DNA of 64,000 nt from Squalus acanthias (Eukaryota): positions 19,964,001-20,028,000 of the forward strand of contig CM059449.1 in assembly GCA_030390025.1 (NCBI GenBank). The letters are read 5' to 3'. The notes beneath the pieces were generated by a model. The model had not been told where the DNA came from. It saw nothing but the letters and a program-made list of their open reading frames with translations, and ran no database searches. Position 1 is the stretch's first letter. Every line of letters starts with the position of its first letter. A program made the translations under genes and the position numbers. Shown one piece after another: positions 50,440-62,140 of the stretch.

Positions 50440-51005
50440 TAACATCGTCCCGACTCCACCCCTGCCTCAGCTCATCTGCTGCTGAAACCCTCATCACTGC
50501 CTTTGTTACTACTCGACTTGACTATTCTAACGCACTCCCGGCTGGCTTCCCAACTTCCACCCTCCATAAACTTGAGCTCATCCAAAACTCAGCTGTCCGT
50601 ATCCTAACTCGCACCAAGTCCCGTTCACCCATCACCCCCGTGCTCGCTGACCTACATTGGCTCCAGGTTGAGCAACGTCTCCATTTTAAAATTCTCATCC
50701 TTGTTTTCGAATCCCTCCATGGCCTCGCCCCCTCCCTATGTCTGTAACCTGCTCCAGCCGTACAACCCTCCGAAGTATCTGCACTCCTCCAATTCTGGCC
50801 TCTTGCGCATCCCTGATTTTAATTGCTCCAACATTGGCGGCCATGCCTTCAGCTGCCAAGTCCCCAAGCTCTGGAATTCCCTCCCTAAACCTCTCCGCCT
50901 CTCTACCTCCTTTAAGACTCTCCTTCAAATCTACCTTTGTCATCTGCCCTAATATCACCTCATGTGGCTCGGTGTCAAATTTTGTTTGGTAACGCTCCTG
51001 TGATC
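50440..51005 (+). mobile_element. L2 LINE 3' end
   Basis: Encodes AETLITAFVTTRLDYSNAL...LELIQNSAVRILTRTKSRSPITPVLADLHWL. Confidence 0.9.
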
Positions 51006-51468
51006 ACTTTTTAATAAGTTTGATTATAGATTTTAGTCTAAGATATTACGAGGAGCGTTTCCAATCCTGTACATGCCAGGAGCGCATATTGGGAAACTGC
51101 GCAACCAAAGGTCATACTTGTGTCCTTTAATCTTAATGGATGCAAAATCATGGAATAGAAGAGCACAATTTGCCAATATACACTCCCAGCATATGCTTGG
51201 GCAGAAAATCTCCCCTCTCTACAATCTATCAGAGCTTTACTTTGTGCACAAGGTTACCTTTTAATTCATAGGGAGTGAAGGCTTACTTACTTGAACTGAA
51301 TTTTGCATTGGAAAAGAAAAAGAGATCGAAAGTGTATGGAGGTAGTCTGTCAGAGAAATCAGAAAGGTATGTTGATCGTTCATACTGCTGCCAATGTATG
51401 TGTTAAAAGCAAAAATAGTCTTATCGTTTACCTTGTGTCCTTTCAGATTACTTCACAATGTCGTTTCG

Positions 51469-51502
51469 GTTCCTAGGGAACAACAGCTTGCCTACGGAAG
51501 TG
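51469..51502. promoter_or_regulatory. Candidate promoter: RFX X-box-like gttcctagggaac next to ETS/GABP site cggaagtg
   Basis: Motif pair seen in unique sequence, with minus-strand splice donors immediately to the left. Confidence 0.3.
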
Positions 51503-51599
51503 CGCTATTGTGTTAGGCATGAGGAAGATTACTGAATAAACTTGCAACAACCTATTTGTCACTCTCCTCTCCCCACTTCGCTTCCCTATTTGCTCCCTT

Positions 51600-51810
51600 C
51601 TTCTGCCGAAGGTACTGATTATTGCTGGAGTACTGTCCCACGTATCCATTTAACCATTCTTCACGCATGAGCCTAGGCAGAGTGTTGGCAGATTATTCAA
51701 CGATAGGGGGTGTCACAGCCAAAGCAGATTTTGCGCTTGCCTAACATTCCCGCACACGGTTATGAGGGTCGCTGCTTAGCTATAAGGAGTAGGAACGACA
51801 GTTAATTTTT
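51600..51810 (-). mobile_element. LF-SINE-like relic (3' half)
   Basis: Reverse complement resembles the LF-SINE segment ...ggctgtgatgccccc...gaatagcctgccgacact...ctaggctca...gaagaatgg, recalled from memory. Confidence 0.6.
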
Positions 51811-52169
51811 TCCAGACAAAGCTATTGAAGCAGACAATGGTTCAAGGGATAGATAAGTAAATAGATTGCTGGAGATAGAAAGGATTGAAGGGCACGGCAA
51901 GTAGGTGGAATAAACTATTAAAGAGAGACGGGCTTGTTGGGCAAGCCAATGGACTTCTCCTGTTCCTAAAATAGCACGCGACAGAAATCCGACAATGGCA
52001 CAGCACAGCATCTGTAGAGGTCAATAATAAACTCTCGTACAGACTCAAGACCCTCCGGCTAAGTACAGACCGTTAATTGAAGCTGTGTATAAATACACCT
52101 GATAATGACACTGCACAGTGCCTGTACAGGTCGGTGGGTCAGTATTAAAGATTCACATGGACGCAACAC

Positions 52170-52503
52170 GCTCAGGCTGAATACTGATCGTTTATTGTAA
52201 ATCGTATTACAGGAAATCTGAACGCTTCAGATTTAAACGGTTGACAATTAGGTGAGCCATTTCCCGCCGAGCAAAGAAGAAACCCAGAAAGAGAAATTAA
52301 AACTTAAAAAAAAAACAATTGATTAAAAAATACTTGGTCACAGTTTGTTGAGAAGATAGTCGAGTCAGCAGCTAATTAACACCGATATTTAGGTTTAGTG
52401 TCTCGCTAACGTCTTCCACGCTAAAACCAATAAGCAAAACATATGACCCGAGTTTCTGCACGTACCAAGGGACCCGCGGCTCTCGTCACGATGCAAAGCA
52501 AAC
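52170..52503 (-). other. Probable RBM4 non-coding terminal (3' UTR) exon
   Basis: Minus-strand acceptor tttttaatcaatctgcactgtcccttctttcgcag|g at 52504/52503, AATAAA at 52196-52191, and unique U-rich sequence between them. Confidence 0.55.
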
Positions 52504-53199
52504 CTGCGAAAGAAGGGACAGTGCAGATTGATTAAAAACAGGCCTTTCAACTCAATCGCCGCACAGGTGCAAACCACTCAAAGCACGTCACCTCGAGACC
52601 AGAGCTCCCTTCCCTGCTCTCAGCCAGCCAGCAAATCTTTTCTGAACCACGTGATATCCAATGGGCGACTGCACACGGGACGCGACAACATATCGATCCT
52701 GATTACCGACATTAGGACCCATCCCGCAGTACGCATACACCAACAGTGACGGGCGCAACCAGGAAGGAGTCAGAACACCTACTTTCCAAGGCTCAAGACC
52801 CTGCTGCACATCAGTGATCGCTGCTCCCAGACACTGTCTGGAAGAGGGAGACCGCTTCGCTTGAAAGAGCGCCATGCCTCACTGTTTGAATCTTCTACGT
52901 ACAATGGTTCAGTAGCTAATGCAAATAGGATACGACGACAAACATAACTTTCTTTTTAAATAGACTTCAGCTGAGGGAGGTGGGCACATTATCACAAGGT
53001 AACGTGATGAGAGCCTATACCCATTTCCCCAATTCATACGGTTAATTTGCACATATACAGGCTGTCTGTCAAACAGATAAGCAGAAATAAGAAAGACAAA
53101 GTTAACTGATCTGAAGCTCAGCGTGTTAATCCAGTATGTAGCTGAGCCACACAGGTCCCAGGCTGAGGCTCAGTCAGGGTAGAGTTAGCTGATCTCAGC

Positions 53200-53900
53200 T
53201 GGGGCTAGTGGCACTTCAAATATTTAGTGCCACTGTGATGGTGACACTTCTGTACGATGCTCAAACTTGGACCAACTGTAGTGAAGTAACCATCAGCCGT
53301 CAACACGGGAAATCAACAAAGTCTACTCGGCATCAACTGGCAACATTTCCGAAACTTCGCGGTTTTTCAACCAATGAACCGACGCTGATCCATTACCTGC
53401 AGCGTTAGGCAAGTGATCATCAGGCTACCTTGGACACATCACTCGACAAAGCCCAAAGAGTCTTAGCCAGGTGTTTTTTTTTGTTGCTAACCCACGACTA
53501 CGTAGAATGGAAGCATCCACATGGATAACCATGTGCTCACTGGGCGGAACAACAGCTCCCGACTGTCAGATACACCGACGGGACTTAATTCTGCGAGCCA
53601 CCTGATCAACATCACACAGCTCAGAAGCGCAGAGCATCGATTTTATTCGAGGCACGTGGAATTGGTACGGTGTTTGACTGCTTACGGCACAAGACTGGCT
53701 GCGGCACAGTTCACGGGCGCTGGTCACTATCCATTCCCTGATCCGTTTTGCAAGCGCGAGCCTAAACCGCAGCTGTCGGCATGGAATGCGACCAAAGCTA
53801 GCATCAGAGCCAAACTTGACCACGCCCTTCACGCAACACATCCCAGCAGGAATCACGAGATCATGATCAAGAGTGGCGGGGTGGGGTCTCCTCCCTAATC
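53200..53900 (+). mobile_element. Degenerate RTE-type LINE fragment
   Basis: IFSATVMVTLLYDAQTWT resembles the RTE LLYGAETWT motif. Confidence 0.55.
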
Positions 53901-54399
53901 CTAGGGGCACTTAGATGAATTGAATCTCCCTTACCAGTGCCCTACTTGAGATCAACAAACTCCACACAAAACAACGACTGATCCCAGGGACCTTTCTGGT
54001 CAGCGCACCAATGGGTCCTTGGCCAAAGACTGTAATCTACCAGAGATGTTAACTCATCTTTTTTCTTTCAGATGTTGACCGACCTGTTGTGTGTTTTCAG
54101 CACGGTCAGTTTTACATTTAAGATTTCCAGCCCTCAAGTTTTTGTGTTTTGTTCTTCAATAATTCCATACTCCTGGTGATTTCGATACACCCAATTAATT
54201 GCAATTGTATTTACACCCATTTGCTTTAGTGAGATGCAGTTATCAGGCCATGTATTCTCCTGCAGCGCACCTGTTCTGAAGCAAATTGTGGACAGACTCT
54301 TGACATCCCCCCCTCGTTTCACTTCTTACTTTTTATCTTTAACATTAATGCGGTCATATAAAAATTATTCACCTGCACACATGCCTTACTAGGTCCTTT

Positions 54400-54640
54400 A
54401 CTGTGGGACTGAGCCACACACAGGAGGTCCCAGGTTCTAGCCCAGCTCTGTGCAGAGTTAGTTGATCTCACCCCAGTGGAAGTCGGGGCACTACAATTGG
54501 CCTCGGAATCCCTGCGCTAGTAAGGGAGGAAACATTTTAAATATCAATCACGGTTCCTGCGCCTGATCACAATCCAGTAACTATTGGAACGTGTGGACTT
54601 CGAGTGCGAGCACGATGGGGTTCGGCTGCGATAAGGTGCG
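54400..54640 (+). mobile_element. LF-SINE-like relic (a shorter relic lies at ~53140-53210)
   Basis: actgagccac...ggtcccaggttc...gagttagttgatctca...ggggcactacaattggcctc...ggttcctgcgcctgatcacaatccagtaac resembles LF-SINE, recalled from memory. Confidence 0.68.
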
Positions 54641-54732
54641 CAGAATACCAACGGGTGCTTGGTCTCAGCAACCTCCTTATTGAGGGATTGAGAAACGCGG
54701 ACTGAATTGCATTGAGGAGAGTTGCTGACCGA

Positions 54733-55325
54733 GCATCGCCCGACTCCGCCCCTGCCTCAGCTTATCCGCTGCTGAAACCCTCATCCATGCCTTTGCAACC
54801 TCTAGATTTAACTATTTCAACGCACTCCTGGCCGGCCTCCCACGTTCTACCCTCCGTAAACTTGAGGTCATCGAAAACTCTGCTGCTGCCCGTGTCCTAA
54901 CTCACACCCAAGTCCCGTTCACCTACCACCCTGTACTCGCTGACCTACACTGGCTCTGATTTTAAAATTCTCATCTCTTTTTTCAAATCCCTCCATGGCC
55001 TCGCCCCACCCTATCTCTAGTCATCCAGCCCTACAACCCCCCCACCCAGAGTACTCTGCGCTCCTCCAATTCTGGCCTCTTGAGCAACCCCAATTTTAAT
55101 CGCTCCACCATTGACGGCCGTACCTTCAGCTGCCAAGGCCCTAAGTGCTGAAATTCCCTCCCTAAATCTCCAACCCTCTCTTTGCTCCTTAAAACCTACC
55201 TCTTTCATCTGCCCTAATATCTCATGTGGCTCGGCGTCAAACTTTGTTTGATAATGCTCCTGTGAAGCGCCTTGGGACGTTTTACTGCATTAAAGGCGCC
55301 ATATAAATGCAAGTTGTTGTTGTTG
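54733..55325 (+). mobile_element. L2 LINE 3' end
   Basis: Same family as 50440-51005, with a (ttg)n tail. Confidence 0.88.
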
Positions 55326-56469
55326 AAGCATTGCTCAGCTGTGGAGAATCACTGGGTTTTGCTTGGGTAGTACAACATCCAATAGATGTTGTAAAAGACA
55401 CAGATGTTCCACTGCCATAGGTGACTTCCCCAGACCCTTGTATTAAGCTCCTCTTTCTCACTCCTCTGTTTTAAGCCTCTCTCTCTCTTTCTCTTCCCCA
55501 CCCCGCACCCCAGTTCTCCGATGTTTAAGCCCCTATCTCCTGGATCCTCTTTTAATCCTGCGTCTCCTATCTATCTATTCCCCCGGTCACATTCTAACAA
55601 TCTCTTAATGGCTTTTAAAACGTGACCTTGGTGTCACCTATCCACTGCTTCCCAAGTTCCCTCGTCTTCGCTCCTACTCTTTCCAACCTTATGGTGTCCT
55701 GCACTATGGGCCAATGCCCTTTAGATGGAGTTTTCTCAACTTGATAAAAAATAAAAGGGATCATTGTGTATGGATTTGGGGCTGGAGAAAAAAAGGTAAA
55801 CTGTGTCTCCCTGGTACTATGTTTCCTCCAAGATGTGCCTGGCAATGGAAGATGGGCCACAGATGGTTGACTGGACCACAGAAGTCCACATTACTCCAGG
55901 GCACAGTTGATGTTTGACCAGTCCGCCTGGCTCACTAATTAGGACCTTGAGGTGTACAACGGTCACCAGAGCCTGGTATTCTTCCTACTCTGCTCCAAAT
56001 AACCATGCAAGTCTATGCCCTGATGAGTAGGGCGACCATGGCTGTAACGCAGCAGGAAGCATACTAGTGCTCTGTCGTGATAAGCTGCGCAGTTTTAGTT
56101 AATCAAAGTCCACCAGTGTCTCTGCAGACATTTGGGACTTCCTAAGCCTCAGCTTTCCGCCCATTAGCTCTCTGTCCTTACGAGGAAAAGAGTGGGCGCT
56201 GCGTACGAGGCAAGCGCAAACTCTACCTGCGTGGATTTGTGGCAGTGTGCTTTGGACACTCCCAAGCACAACGACGGCATTTTTTTTGCCATCGTTGTGC
56301 TTGGGAGTGTCCAAAAAAACTGTGTGGCCGGGAGGTAGATAGACTGTATGCACACAGCGTTAGATCGGATTGTAACTCACGTTCATCGGCCCTTGAATGA
56401 GGTCGACGCTTCTACAGCTAATGAGAATACGGACTGCGTTATCAAAGATAAATGGTCCTCACCTTTCAG

Positions 56470-57158
56470 TTAGTACGCAGGGTACTGGGCGGCGGGGTAC
56501 TGGGCGGCGGCGGCGGCGGCAGCAGCAGAGTACTGAGCGGCAGAGTACTGGGCGGCAGAGTACTGGGTGGCAGAGTACTGGGCGGCAGAGTACTGGGCGG
56601 CAGAGTACTGGGCGGTCGCGTACGGATCTCTTGCTGCATTTGTTGGGTCATACACAGTGGTAGAAACTGCTGTGCGCTCAAACCCATATCCAGTGCTCAA
56701 GGCAGGCATGGGTGGTGGACGTCGTAAAGGGCTCCTGTCGCGACCGTAATAGGTAGTGGGAGTCGCCATTGGCCGCCGCTCGTATGGGTTTACCGCACCG
56801 GGGATACGATCTCGCAGGGAAGTGCCGAGAGGCGAAAATGGAGCAGCCCGTCCGTAAGGATCTCCCACGGCTCCGTATGTTCCTGCCCGATACTTCTCGT
56901 AGTAATCGACGACCCCATATCGCTCGTCGTAAAGAGGGCGCTCTCCGTACCCGGTTATAGGCCGCGCGGTCATCGAATAGGGATCTATGTAATCGCGTGA
57001 GTAGCCGCCATCAAAATTGCCATCGAGACCGCCGCGATCTTTGGGACACTCTTTAGACCAGTGGCCTTCTTTACCGCAGCGGAAACAGCCGTTTTTTTCG
57101 CCCATCCCGGGTTGCATCCGCAGCCGACTCTTGGACAGTTCAACTTGCATCCGTTTGC
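56470..57158 (-). CDS. RBM4: RNA-binding protein 4 (RBM4/Lark) last coding exon: end of RRM2, CCHC zinc knuckle, low-complexity C-terminus
   Basis: Acceptor ctccttttaaag|GC AAA CGG ATG. Encodes GKRMQVELSKSRLRMQPGMGEKNGCFRCGKEGHWSKECP...YGVVDYYEKYRA...RDRSPLRR, with TAA at 56472-56470 and donor AAG|gtgagg 7 nt after the stop. I found no RRM-coding exon in the window, so it is presumably beyond the right end. Confidence 0.93.
56476..56614 (-). repeat. Coding 15-bp tandem repeat (AQYSA/AQYPA) with a poly-Ala interruption
   Basis: About six gcccagtactctgcc units, then (gcn)n, then two gcccagtacccy units. Confidence 0.92.
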
Positions 57159-57289
57159 CTTTAAAAGGAGACGCAATACATTATCAGTACCAAGTGCATT
57201 AACCAGCTGTACTGGCAGACAGATCAGAATCAAGGTGGACCCTTGCTTCGTTTCTCAATACAATATATAGGAATCACAGCTTAATGAAC

Positions 57290-58090
57290 GGCTCTGTGTG
57301 AACTCACTGTGGTACTGAGCCAGGCCAGGAAAGTACGAGGTTCATTTCCTGATCTGCGATGAGTTAGGTTACCTCAGCCAGAGCTGTTATACAAGCACTA
57401 CAAGTGCCCTCAGTGGCCCCGAGCTATGGAGTGCAAAATTCAAACGGGGGCAATTCTGATTTTGGATGATGGTGCAAACCAGGCGATATCGGATGGGCCA
57501 CCCATTGATCATCTCTCCTGATTTTCATTTCCAGTGACTTGCACACAAAAGTGGCGGGCAGGAAAAGACCAGCTGGTCCATCAAGCCTCCCCCACACTCA
57601 TGATGGCTTCCTACCCCCGCAGCCATGTAATCTCCTGGGAGAGGCAAAAGAAAACAGAAAAAAACCCAGGCCCAATAAAAGAATACTCTCGAAAATGCCT
57701 CTCCAATGTCCTCAGGCAATCAAAACCAGCCCAGGAGATCACATGGACCAAATGTTATTTATAAAGACACTTAATACTCAACAGACACGGGCTACTCTTC
57801 TCCACATGGCGCGATGGAACCGAAAATCAGGAGAGATGTATAATGGCTGGCTGATCCGATATCGTCCATTATACACTACAGCCTAAAGTCAAAACTACTC
57901 CCAAACAACAGGGGTAATAACAGTGTTCCTGCTCCCGATCGCTACCCAAAAAAAGACTCCTGTTGCAAATTGTGACATTCGGCAAAGGCAGGATCAGACT
58001 CGGTTGTGATGCCCCCACAATCAAATAGTCTGCCGAACACTGGCTGTCTTGGCTCTATTATGAAGAGTGGCCATTTGAATAAGATACTGG
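57290..58090 (+). mobile_element. LF-SINE-like relic split by a palindromic MITE (57446-57903), which itself contains a CR1-tail insertion
   Basis: LF-SINE-like 5' half at 57290-57440 and 3' half at 57920-58090. MITE arms gcgatatcggat...catctctcctgattttc and gaaaatcaggagagatg...atccgatatcgtc. Confidence 0.65.
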
Positions 58091-61000
58091 ATAGATTAAG
58101 TGGTGGCACAAAGGCAGATGCATCTCATCATATTAAAGTGTGAGGAAATACACTTGCTCATTAAGAACAGAAGATGGGATTACAGTCTAAATGCGGATGT
58201 GCTGAGGTGTAGATGAACAAGGGGATGCAAGTGTCATTAAAAGTTAGCTCACAGGGTACAAGACGCAATTAAAAAGGCACATGGCATTTGGGCTTCATCC
58301 CAAGAGGTACAGAATATGAAAGCAAAGAAGCAGCACTGCAATGATAGAGTGATCACATTTAATTTAGAATAGAGGTTCCCAAATTTTTTGATGAGTCACC
58401 CTTCTGAGGTTCATGTCCCATGCACGGCCCCCTCCTTCTGGGGAAACAGTATTTTTTGCATAATTAATGTTAGCGTGGATATAGCTGGTAACCCAGAATA
58501 CTTCAGTTTTATCATTCTATCTGCTTTAATTCCGCTCCCCTACACATTTGGGTTTCTTTACGAACTCTAATCATATCACTGGAACTCACTGGCCAGGAAG
58601 TTTCTTGGAGCTGCTCTCGCTTGCTGCCGTTGCTTTGCCAGAAGTGCGCCGGGTGGCCCTTTTACACGTTTCAATGGCGTACCCACCACACTTACGGTGA
58701 AGTAACACCAGCGAAGCATTTCCCAGCCACTATGACAGTACAAACAAACTCACTGAAAGGAAGACTACTGGCTGCTCCTCTCTTCCGAGTTAGGGATGCG
58801 GGCCGGGTGCAGGATAAACAATCCTCTGCAGATGGAACTTGAAAGGGTCAGTGGTTACATTGTTTGGGGATGGAACAGGGAGTAATGAATCGTTAGCTTG
58901 CTTTGGAGGAGGTAAATTACAAGTTTGATTTTTTTCCCCTGCAAACATCGAGAACCCTCGAGACTATTATTAATTTATTTGCTGAATTTAAGCAGCAACA
59001 CTAAATACAAGTAGGGCAAAATAGACTTTCTGGAAAGGTGTAGAGCACTGGGCAATAAAGTAAATTTTTGAGGCCAAGACAAGTTTTTAAAAGGAGGGCT
59101 ATTTATCTATTCCATCTAAACATCACGGGCTCACGAGGACACGGATGGGACAAAAAAAAAGGAATGGATGGTCCACAGAGCTGCAGAACTCGTGGCAAAG
59201 AACCTTTTAGCAGATTTTGAAGCCGAGTCGGATGGGGCACCGACTGCTGCTGTTTATTTCCCCCGAGAGCAGCGGGGATCCCAGGGCTCACGGGCACTTC
59301 CAAAACAAAATTTATGCTGTACAGAGGTATGGGCCAGAAGGCAAATAGCCTTATTATTAACTGGACGAAACACATTTAAACGGAGAAGTCTTGAAACATT
59401 ATTTGCATGGATGCTTGAATTTTGAAGAGAGCAGAGGTGGGAATCACACAGAGTTGAGAAGTGTGCTGCAGCGCACATGGAGAAAATACAGATTGCAGGC
59501 ATTACGAGTTAGTGAGTTACAGCTATCGTCATCCTCGTGCCCCCCAGATATCTGTGTTGCGCCCCCCCAGTTTGGGAACCTCAGATTTAAAGTATTGTAT
59601 TCAATTTTGGGCACAGCAACCACCCCCCCACCCGCCCCCGAATATCACCCAAGCCGAAATGTCCAAAACGGAAAGGAGTCCAAAGATTAACTGGGACTAT
59701 GTGACAATGGGCAAATATTGGTTATATTCTCTAGAGATGGGTTGGTTCGAGTTGATCTGACTGAAATAATGAAGCGGCTTAAAGGTGTATATAACAAATG
59801 GCTCTTCCATTTCATAAGGCAACCCAGATCAAGGGACACAATTTAGCTAAGCTGGTTAAAAGTGAATCCAGAAAAATGTTTGCGCGTATGTGGAATGCAC
59901 TGCCCCAAAAGGGCATAGATGCAAAATCAATTAAAGTGTTTGGAAGTAGGACATCAGGAGGGTTAAAATAAAATGTTGCTCAGCAGGCTTGATGAGCTGA
60001 ATGGCTCACTCCGGTTGCAACTTACTGGAGGGTGACTGGCACCCACTGACTGGACACCAGCAAGAGGCAAAATGTCAGGAAATGAAGGAAATTGGGATAT
60101 ACTGAATTATATAAGTATAGAGGAAGCAACGCGACAGGACACAAAGTAGGAAAGAAGCAAATTTCAGACTAAACAGACAGAGATTGTCGCCTCCCATGGG
60201 CCAATCTCAGAGTCACCCCACCCCCACCCTGATCAAAGAAGGACACAAGATTCTTTACGGTGGGATTTTAACTGGGTTGCTTCCTCTATAGAAGTTGGCA
60301 TCCAGCAAAGTGAATGCGGGAGCTCAGAAGCAACAGGGGAATTCACCTACCAACAATTATGGCATTTAAAAGAGGAGTGCACCAGACGCCTCCCAAGGGG
60401 GGTCACAGGTACTGTACTAGCAGCTTTAGAAATAGAGGCGAGAATCCCATTTCAGCAAAGTTAAGCTGCGCCACCGATGTCCACGAGCTCCCTGAAGCTC
60501 GCGGGCTGCCCGACTCATCGATGTTAGTCAGTGTACGATGCCCACATTAGTGGCGTCATTCTGCCAACTCCAGTCATATTGCCCCACTAATGCAGGCAAC
60601 TCAAATCCTTGCTGCAATGTAGCAGCGCGATCAGCAGAACCCCCCCATAGAAATGATGGATCCTCTGCAAGGAACATCAGTCCAGGAGGGGAATCAACAT
60701 GGCAACCGTCAGGGTTTTGGAGTATAATTTTCTATGGTGCTTGAAGAGAGATGCACTCAGCCATAAAAGTCAGTTCTGGCAAGATCCAGGCGACCTATTG
60801 ACTCGAGCATCTGATGATCGACCTCCCCAAGCAATACCGTTACTAGGATTTCAATAGCACAACAGCAGGTTTATAAAATTTTCATACCTGTGTCCACTTG
60901 AATATTAAAACATCCAGCAGTACAATTCCAGTTTCTGTCCTTCCAAATATGGGTTATGTCTAAAAAGGAATATTTTGAACACTGAACACCAGGGTTGTAA

Positions 61001-61659
61001 GGTCTATTATTTGTGGTGGAAGCAATTGGAGGGGATGAATTAAGAGTAGCACACAAGAGATATGACACAAAACATTAAAGGCATTGGTTAACTGTGACTT
61101 TTCCTGTAATGGTTACTACAAATATGTACTCTCTTTGATCTAGCTACATAAAAAAAAAATCGTGCAGACTTCCCATTCTCAAACTTTACTTCCTGCTATT
61201 CCAAGTTTTTGGTCAAACTTTTGTGCCACCATTTCCCAAACTAAATTGCCATATCAACATTTCCTGTTATCTATCACGATGCAATTGCAGGCTCTGCCCA
61301 ATAAGTAGCCCTATGAATCAAAATTCTTAAGTCTGGTACCCAACCAGGTCACCATCTTGCACACACTTTATTCAACAACTGACCATGGGTACGGCCACAG
61401 GGAATTTATAAAATCCATGCAAGTTCGCCTCCAAGTTACACACCATCCTGACTTGGAAGTATATCGCCATTCCTTCATCGTCGCTGGGTTAAAATCCTGG
61501 AACTCCCTCCCTAACAGCACAGTGGGAGTAACTTCAACACACGGACTGCAGCCGTTCAAGGCGGCTCACCACCACCTTCTCGAGGGCAATAAATGCTGGC
61601 CTTGCCAGTGACGCCCACATCCCAGGAAAGAATAAAAAAACATTTTAAATGTTGTCGCT

Positions 61660-62140
61660 TTCTAACAATCAGATTGGCCCGTGTGCACCACATGCTGATA
61701 CTGTGTCTAATTCTAACAGAGATCATGTGCTTCCCATGGATCACTATCACTCCTCTGGCTGGTCCATCGAAAACATGAACAGATGCTTCTGCCACATTCC
61801 TGGGCCACAGCAACCCTGTGCTTTGCCAGATTCTCCATGCTCTCCCCCGCCCCCCCTCTGCTATTCTGCTGTAACCATCTGGACTCATCTTTTGTTTCTA
61901 TACTTGTCTCATTATCACCTCCGTTTGCCTTGCACCATCACCCCTTTTGTCATTTAATCACTCCTGCCCTCCACCGTATCACAGACATTTCCCCTTCTGT
62001 TATTTTCCCAGGCTCTGTATAAGCTTAAAAGCTGTTCATACCTAACATCTTCCAGTTCCGATTAAAGTTCATTTATCTGATACGTTAACTCTTGTTTCAC
62101 TCTCCACAGATGTTGCCTAACCCATCGAGTGTTACAAGCA
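61660..62140 (+). mobile_element. Old Penelope 3'/LTR relic with a degenerate hammerhead
   Basis: Homologous to 6440-6710; the core has decayed to ccgattaa...gatacgttaact. Confidence 0.65.

Noticed and set aside
56397-56727. Plus-strand repetitive ORFs (GGRVL / RQSTG)
   Set aside because: These are antisense shadows of the RBM4 coding repeat.
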